64,000 nucleotides of DNA, taken from a candidate division WOR-3 bacterium UBA3073. GTDB taxonomy: Bacteria > Hydrothermota > UBA3073. The stretch's first letter is position 1, and each line of letters starts with the position of its first letter. Positions 59,966-64,000 of this stretch are shown here, piece after piece. The notes under the pieces were generated by a model. It saw only the letters and a program-made list of their open reading frames with translations, was not told the origin of the DNA and did no database searches. The stretch spans positions 4,910-68,909 of the forward strand of contig DFBT01000095.1 of assembly GCA_002366725.1 (NCBI GenBank). The letters are read 5' to 3'. A program made the position numbers and the translations under genes.

Positions 59966-62900
59966 ATGGATAAACAAGACGCAATAAAAATTATTAGAGA
60001 TACTTTTGAAAGACCTTTTGACAGAAGGTGTTTTACTTATTTTGTAAAGAATCTGCTTAACAATATAGAATCTGAAGACAAACATCCTTATAGCGGCAAA
60101 TACATTCCCGATGCTTATAAACCTTTCATTAGCACACTCAAGCGCATTGGCAAATATAAGGACTCTGACGATAATAAAATAGATATTCTTATTGTTCATC
60201 TTAAAAAACCAATATCACTTGAACGGGCACGGACAATGCAGAGAAATTTCATTGCATGGTATCTCAAAGGCAGTCGTGGAGATATATTAAAAGATGCGGC
60301 TTTGGTCGCGTATGTTTCACCTGATCAGGAGGACTGGCGATTTTCTCTAGTTAAAATGGAATACAAACTTACCCAGACTAAAACTGGCAGGGTAAAGGCA
60401 AAAGAAGAATTAACCCCGGCCCGCAGATATTCTTTCTTAGTAGGAAAAAATGAACCAAATCATACCGCAAAACAACAACTCGTTCCACTCCTGCAGGATG
60501 ACAAAAATAATCCTACCTTGACTCAATTAGAAGATGCGTTCAGTATAGAAAAGGTCACTAAAGAATTCTTTGAAAAGTATCGGAACTTGTTGTTTGGGGA
60601 CAAAGGAATCAAAGAAGTTCTGGATAAAATTGTTAAAAAAGATTTGGCTATTCAAAAAGATTTTAATGACAAAGGCGTTGATACTGTTAATTTCCCCAAG
60701 AAACTTTTAGGTCAGATTATTTTTCTCTATTTTTTGCAAAAGAAAGGTTGGATGGGCGTACCATCAAATAAGTCTTGGGGTGAAGGCGACAAAAGTTTTT
60801 TACGAACTCTGTTTATTAGGAGTAAAAATGAACATAAAAATTTTTTCAATGATTATTTAGAGATTTTGTTTTACAATACATTAAACAATCCTCGTCAGAC
60901 TGAAGTTGACCCCAGTTATTCCAGAGATTTTGATTGCAGAATCCCATTTTTAAATGGTGGTCTTTTTGAACCAATACAGGGTTATGATTGGCAATATACG
61001 GATATTCTTCTGCCTAATGAGTTATTCTCCAACCAAATTAGAACAAAAGAAGGTGATATAGGCACTGGGATTTTAGATGTCTTTGATAGATATAACTTCA
61101 CTGTTAAAGAAGATGAGCCGTTAGAAAAAGAGGTAGCTATTGATCCGGAAATGCTTGGGAAAGTTTTTGAAAATCTTCTAAAGGTTAAGGATAGAAAATC
61201 TAAGGGTTCTTATTATACCCCCCGTGGGATTGTCCACTATATGTGTCAGGAGAGTTTGATAAATTATCTGGACACAGAAATAAATGTTGAACAAAAGCCT
61301 TTAATTAAGGGAAAAGGCATTCAAACAAAACTTTTGGGTGAACAAGCACCTATACAGAAAAGTCTAACTGCTCCCAGATATTTAACTGTAGTCTCTAAAG
61401 AAAATATTGAAAATCTTATTCGCTACGGTGATTTGGCTATTGAACATGACATAGCCAAAGAAGAAGGCACGAAAACCTATAGACACAAATTGCCTGAAAG
61501 TATCCGGCAAAATGTCAAGCTGATTGACGAAAAATTGGCAAATATCAGAATATGCGACCCTGCCATCGGCTCAGGTGCTTTCCCTGTTGGAATGATGACA
61601 GAGATCGTTAGGGCAAGAAATGTCCTCACAACTTACCTACCTGACGAAAGCAAGAAAGACAGAAAGATTTATAATTTCAAACGTCATTGCATACAAAACT
61701 GTCTTTACGGTGTAGATATTGATCCGGGAGCGGTAGAAATAGCCAAACTCCGTCTGTGGTTATCCCTTATTGTTGATGAAGAGGATATAAAACAGATTAA
61801 GCCTTTGCCGAATTTGGATTATAAGATAATCTGCGGTAATTCACTCTTGAGAGTAGAGAAAAGTTTTTTTAATTTGAAGGCATTTACAAAACTTGAAAAA
61901 CTTAAACCATTATTTTTTGAGGAGACTATTTCACGCAAAAAGCAAGGATATAAACAACAAATTGATGAATTGATAAAGGAAATTACAAATAATGATGAGC
62001 ATTTTGATTTTGAGGTTTATTTTTCAGAAGTCTTTCATGAAAAAAAAGGGTTTGATGTAGTGATTGCCAATCCACCGTATATAAGTTTTGGATTGAGAGG
62101 ATCTGACAAAGCTAAAAAAGATTGGGATGCTTATGTTAGAAAGAGCTATCCAAACTCCGCAGAATATAAATTAAGCACTTATGCTATATTTATAGATAAG
62201 GGGATCCAACTACTTAGAGACAAAGGAAACATATGCTATATTACACCTGATAGCTACCTATTAGGACGATATTTTTCAAAATTAAGGAATTACATTTTAA
62301 ATTCAACCTCTATAAAACAAATATTAATGTTTGAAACTGATTTTTGGCGAGAAGGAGTGATTGGTAGACCAACGATTACTCTAATGCAAAAAAATCAAAA
62401 GAAAGGATTATGCGAGATTGAACTATTTAAAAATTTAGAAAATTTTGAAAGAGGTTTTTGCCTAAGAAACTCATATTCGCAAGAATATTTTAATAATAAT
62501 AAATATAAGCGTTTTAAACTACTTTTTAGTAATAGAGCAAAAAGACTTGTAGAAATTGTTGAAGCTGATTCAATATCACTTGGGGATGTAGCAAAAATTA
62601 CCACTGGCGTAAGGTCGAAAATTGGACAGAAGAAAATTATAGCAGATAGACAGGCAGAAAAAAATTGGAAGAAAGGTATAATTTCCAGTGCCCAAGTTTA
62701 TCCATACATAGTCAAATGGAGGGGACATTATCTAAATATTGATAAAAAACTGTTATGGGCAGGTGGATGGGATTCAAATATAGTAGAAAATCCAAAGATA
62801 ATGATTAGACAAACTAGTGATTCATTAATTGCAGGAATTGATATGGAAGGGTTTTATCATCTTAACAATGTGCATTCTTTAAGCATCCTAAAGGAGAACA

Positions 62901-63196
62901 TATCTCTTGAGTATATTTGTGCCGTGTTAAATTCGAAACTAATGAATAAATTTTATCAACTTGTTAGTCTTGAAAGAAGCAGAACAATGGCTCAAACTGA
63001 TATTGATGTATTAGAAACATTACCTATCAAAATGATAGAAATGAAAGCCCAAAAAAAGATTATAGAATTGGTACACCAAATTATTCATAATGGCTTACTA
63101 AATCAAATCTTAGAAGAAATTGAAAATTTGATATGTGAGATATACAAATTGCCAGCAGAAATGAAAAAATATGTCATGGAAGATAATTTATATTAA
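59966..63196 (+). CDS. Large gamma-class N6-adenine DNA methyltransferase (Eco57I/type IIG / BREX PglX / DISARM DrmMI-like) with N-terminal extension and C-terminal TRD-like region
   Basis: Motif X 'GSYYTPRGIVHYM', motif I 'DPAIGSGAFPVGM', motif IV 'VIANPPY'; 1076 aa; 2-nt gap from upstream helicase gene. Confidence 0.8.
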   Translation: MDKQDAIKIIRDTFERPFDRRCFTYFVKNLLNNIESEDKHPYSGKYIPDAYKPFISTLKRIGKYKDSDDNKIDILIVHLKKPISLERARTMQRNFIAWYLKGSRGDILKDAALVAYVSPDQEDWRFSLVKMEYKLTQTKTGRVKAKEELTPARRYSFLVGKNEPNHTAKQQLVPLLQDDKNNPTLTQLEDAFSIEKVTKEFFEKYRNLLFGDKGIKEVLDKIVKKDLAIQKDFNDKGVDTVNFPKKLLGQIIFLYFLQKKGWMGVPSNKSWGEGDKSFLRTLFIRSKNEHKNFFNDYLEILFYNTLNNPRQTEVDPSYSRDFDCRIPFLNGGLFEPIQGYDWQYTDILLPNELFSNQIRTKEGDIGTGILDVFDRYNFTVKEDEPLEKEVAIDPEMLGKVFENLLKVKDRKSKGSYYTPRGIVHYMCQESLINYLDTEINVEQKPLIKGKGIQTKLLGEQAPIQKSLTAPRYLTVVSKENIENLIRYGDLAIEHDIAKEEGTKTYRHKLPESIRQNVKLIDEKLANIRICDPAIGSGAFPVGMMTEIVRARNVLTTYLPDESKKDRKIYNFKRHCIQNCLYGVDIDPGAVEIAKLRLWLSLIVDEEDIKQIKPLPNLDYKIICGNSLLRVEKSFFNLKAFTKLEKLKPLFFEETISRKKQGYKQQIDELIKEITNNDEHFDFEVYFSEVFHEKKGFDVVIANPPYISFGLRGSDKAKKDWDAYVRKSYPNSAEYKLSTYAIFIDKGIQLLRDKGNICYITPDSYLLGRYFSKLRNYILNSTSIKQILMFETDFWREGVIGRPTITLMQKNQKKGLCEIELFKNLENFERGFCLRNSYSQEYFNNNKYKRFKLLFSNRAKRLVEIVEADSISLGDVAKITTGVRSKIGQKKIIADRQAEKNWKKGIISSAQVYPYIVKWRGHYLNIDKKLLWAGGWDSNIVENPKIMIRQTSDSLIAGIDMEGFYHLNNVHSLSILKENISLEYICAVLNSKLMNKFYQLVSLERSRTMAQTDIDVLETLPIKMIEMKAQKKIIELVHQIIHNGLLNQILEEIENLICEIYKLPAEMKKYVMEDNLY

Positions 63197-63213
63197 ATTT
63201 AAAGGGGGAGAAA

Positions 63214-64000
63214 ATGTTTGTAAAAATGGGTTTCAAAAAATGGACAAAGGGGACACAAGCAGGTTTAAGAATATATACTGATTCAATAAATAAACTCTCT
63301 AGTATCCTTGAATTTCCTTCGCGAGACACACAATGGAGGTCGCTTAGAGATTTTTTACGCGCGATAGAACTGTCAGGAGATGGAACAAATGTACCACCTT
63401 ACTCACGAAACTTACAAATTGTAGATATCTCTTTATCAAAAAAACTTTCTGCAACGATGACTATTGCTCAGCATAATCACTCAACACAAGGATACATTAC
63501 TGTTTCAAGTGGAACTTGGTTAGGAATAATAGTCGAAAAATTTATGAATAGAAATTTCTATTGTGAGTATGTTAGCGGAGAGAATATTGATTTATTAATT
63601 TTACCTGATTTTAAACTTGATATTAGAAAACAGAGAAAAAATGAATTAAATATAATAGAAAAGAAAGTATATTCCAAATCTTTACGCAAATCTAATGTAG
63701 CTCCGCTTGAAGCAAATATAATAGGTCTATATTTTGAACTAGAAGAAGTAAAGTATATTTCAGAGAAAGAAAAACTTGCTCCTTTCCATAGATTCCCGAA
63801 TTTAAACAGTAATCTGCCAAAAATTGCTAGGAGAAATATCTCGTGTGATATAGATGTATGCGATAATCAAGGGCACTTTGTTAAGTTCGTTGAAGTTAAA
63901 TCTGTATATGGTCTTCCTGGAAAAGAGTTTAATCTTACAATAAATGAATATAAATCTAGGGAAATATGTCGTAGAAATAAATGGGAATATGAGATCGTAG
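63214..64000 (+). CDS. DUF3883-like PD-(D/E)xK nuclease-domain protein (3' partial at window end)
   Basis: GGGGAG RBS; C-terminal 'DIDVCDNQGHFVKFVEVKSV...FNLTINEYKSREI...WEYEIV' = D...EVK nuclease core plus DUF3883-type tail. Confidence 0.55.
   Translation, partial: MFVKMGFKKWTKGTQAGLRIYTDSINKLSSILEFPSRDTQWRSLRDFLRAIELSGDGTNVPPYSRNLQIVDISLSKKLSATMTIAQHNHSTQGYITVSSGTWLGIIVEKFMNRNFYCEYVSGENIDLLILPDFKLDIRKQRKNELNIIEKKVYSKSLRKSNVAPLEANIIGLYFELEEVKYISEKEKLAPFHRFPNLNSNLPKIARRNISCDIDVCDNQGHFVKFVEVKSVYGLPGKEFNLTINEYKSREICRRNKWEYEIV

Noticed and set aside
52307-64000. Integrase or recombinase for the tRNA-linked island
   Set aside because: I searched all ORFs from the tRNA to the window end and found none with tyrosine- or serine-recombinase motifs. 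Island mobility therefore cannot be asserted from this window.

Overview
64-kb window from a mid-GC (roughly 45-50% by eye) bacterial chromosome, probably an uncultivated lineage; one large secreted protein carries a T9SS-type C-terminal sorting domain. Most of the window is core housekeeping, largely on the minus strand up to ~33.6 kb and on the plus strand afterwards. It starts inside a Y_Y_Y/PAS sensor histidine kinase (5' partial), then coaD, an FtsB-like gene, a nucleotide-sugar dehydrogenase, rpsI-rplM, def, aspS, a PtsN-like EIIA, hslUV and guaB. An outer-membrane cluster follows (OmpA-like, two beta-barrel-like proteins). A ~16-kb surface-glycan locus spans 15.5-31.6 kb: PglF/CapD-like dehydratase, DegT aminotransferase, PglC-like phosphoglycosyl transferase, three GT4 glycosyltransferases, a decayed second DegT copy, an LbH acetyltransferase, Wzx, a Wzy-like protein and two large secreted proteins. 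Next come a bifunctional FtcD, folK-panC, lepA-lepB, grpE-dnaK-dnaJ, a small-protein+nucleotidyltransferase pair, rpsU-mutS2-(four-helix-bundle gene)-dnaG-rpoD, a second PtsN-like EIIA, an LplA/LipB-family ligase and fabG. A tRNA-His (anticodon GTG) lies immediately after the fabG stop. Downstream of this tRNA the sequence becomes visibly more AT-rich and looks like a horizontally acquired defense island: MazE/MazF, an AlbA_2/Schlafen-like ATPase-wHTH protein, a start-less 2x[4Fe-4S] ferredoxin fragment behind a duplicated promoter-leader element, a small ORF with a 304-aa protein carrying an Rx4H (HEPN-like) motif, then a three-gene module of PLD-nuclease::SNF2-helicase fusion, ~1076-aa Eco57I/PglX-like N6-adenine methyltransferase and a DUF3883-type PD-(D/E)xK nuclease (3' partial). 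That module resembles DISARM/BREX-type systems but matches neither canonical architecture and is the best candidate for an undescribed system. Intergenic DNA is also unusual throughout: nearly every spacer is assembled from a shared lexicon of short motifs, including a perfect 20-bp GC-rich palindrome CCTGCCTGCCGGCAGGCAGG (at least 11 copies, mostly just after gene ends), heptad/nonamer micro-tandem arrays, and a 34-nt AAAATCAAAAATCAAAA element that also sits in-frame inside lepA and the lplA-like gene. No rRNA, CRISPR array or integrase was seen. Coordinates of features I derived myself (tRNA, repeats, promoters) may be off by 1-2 nt.
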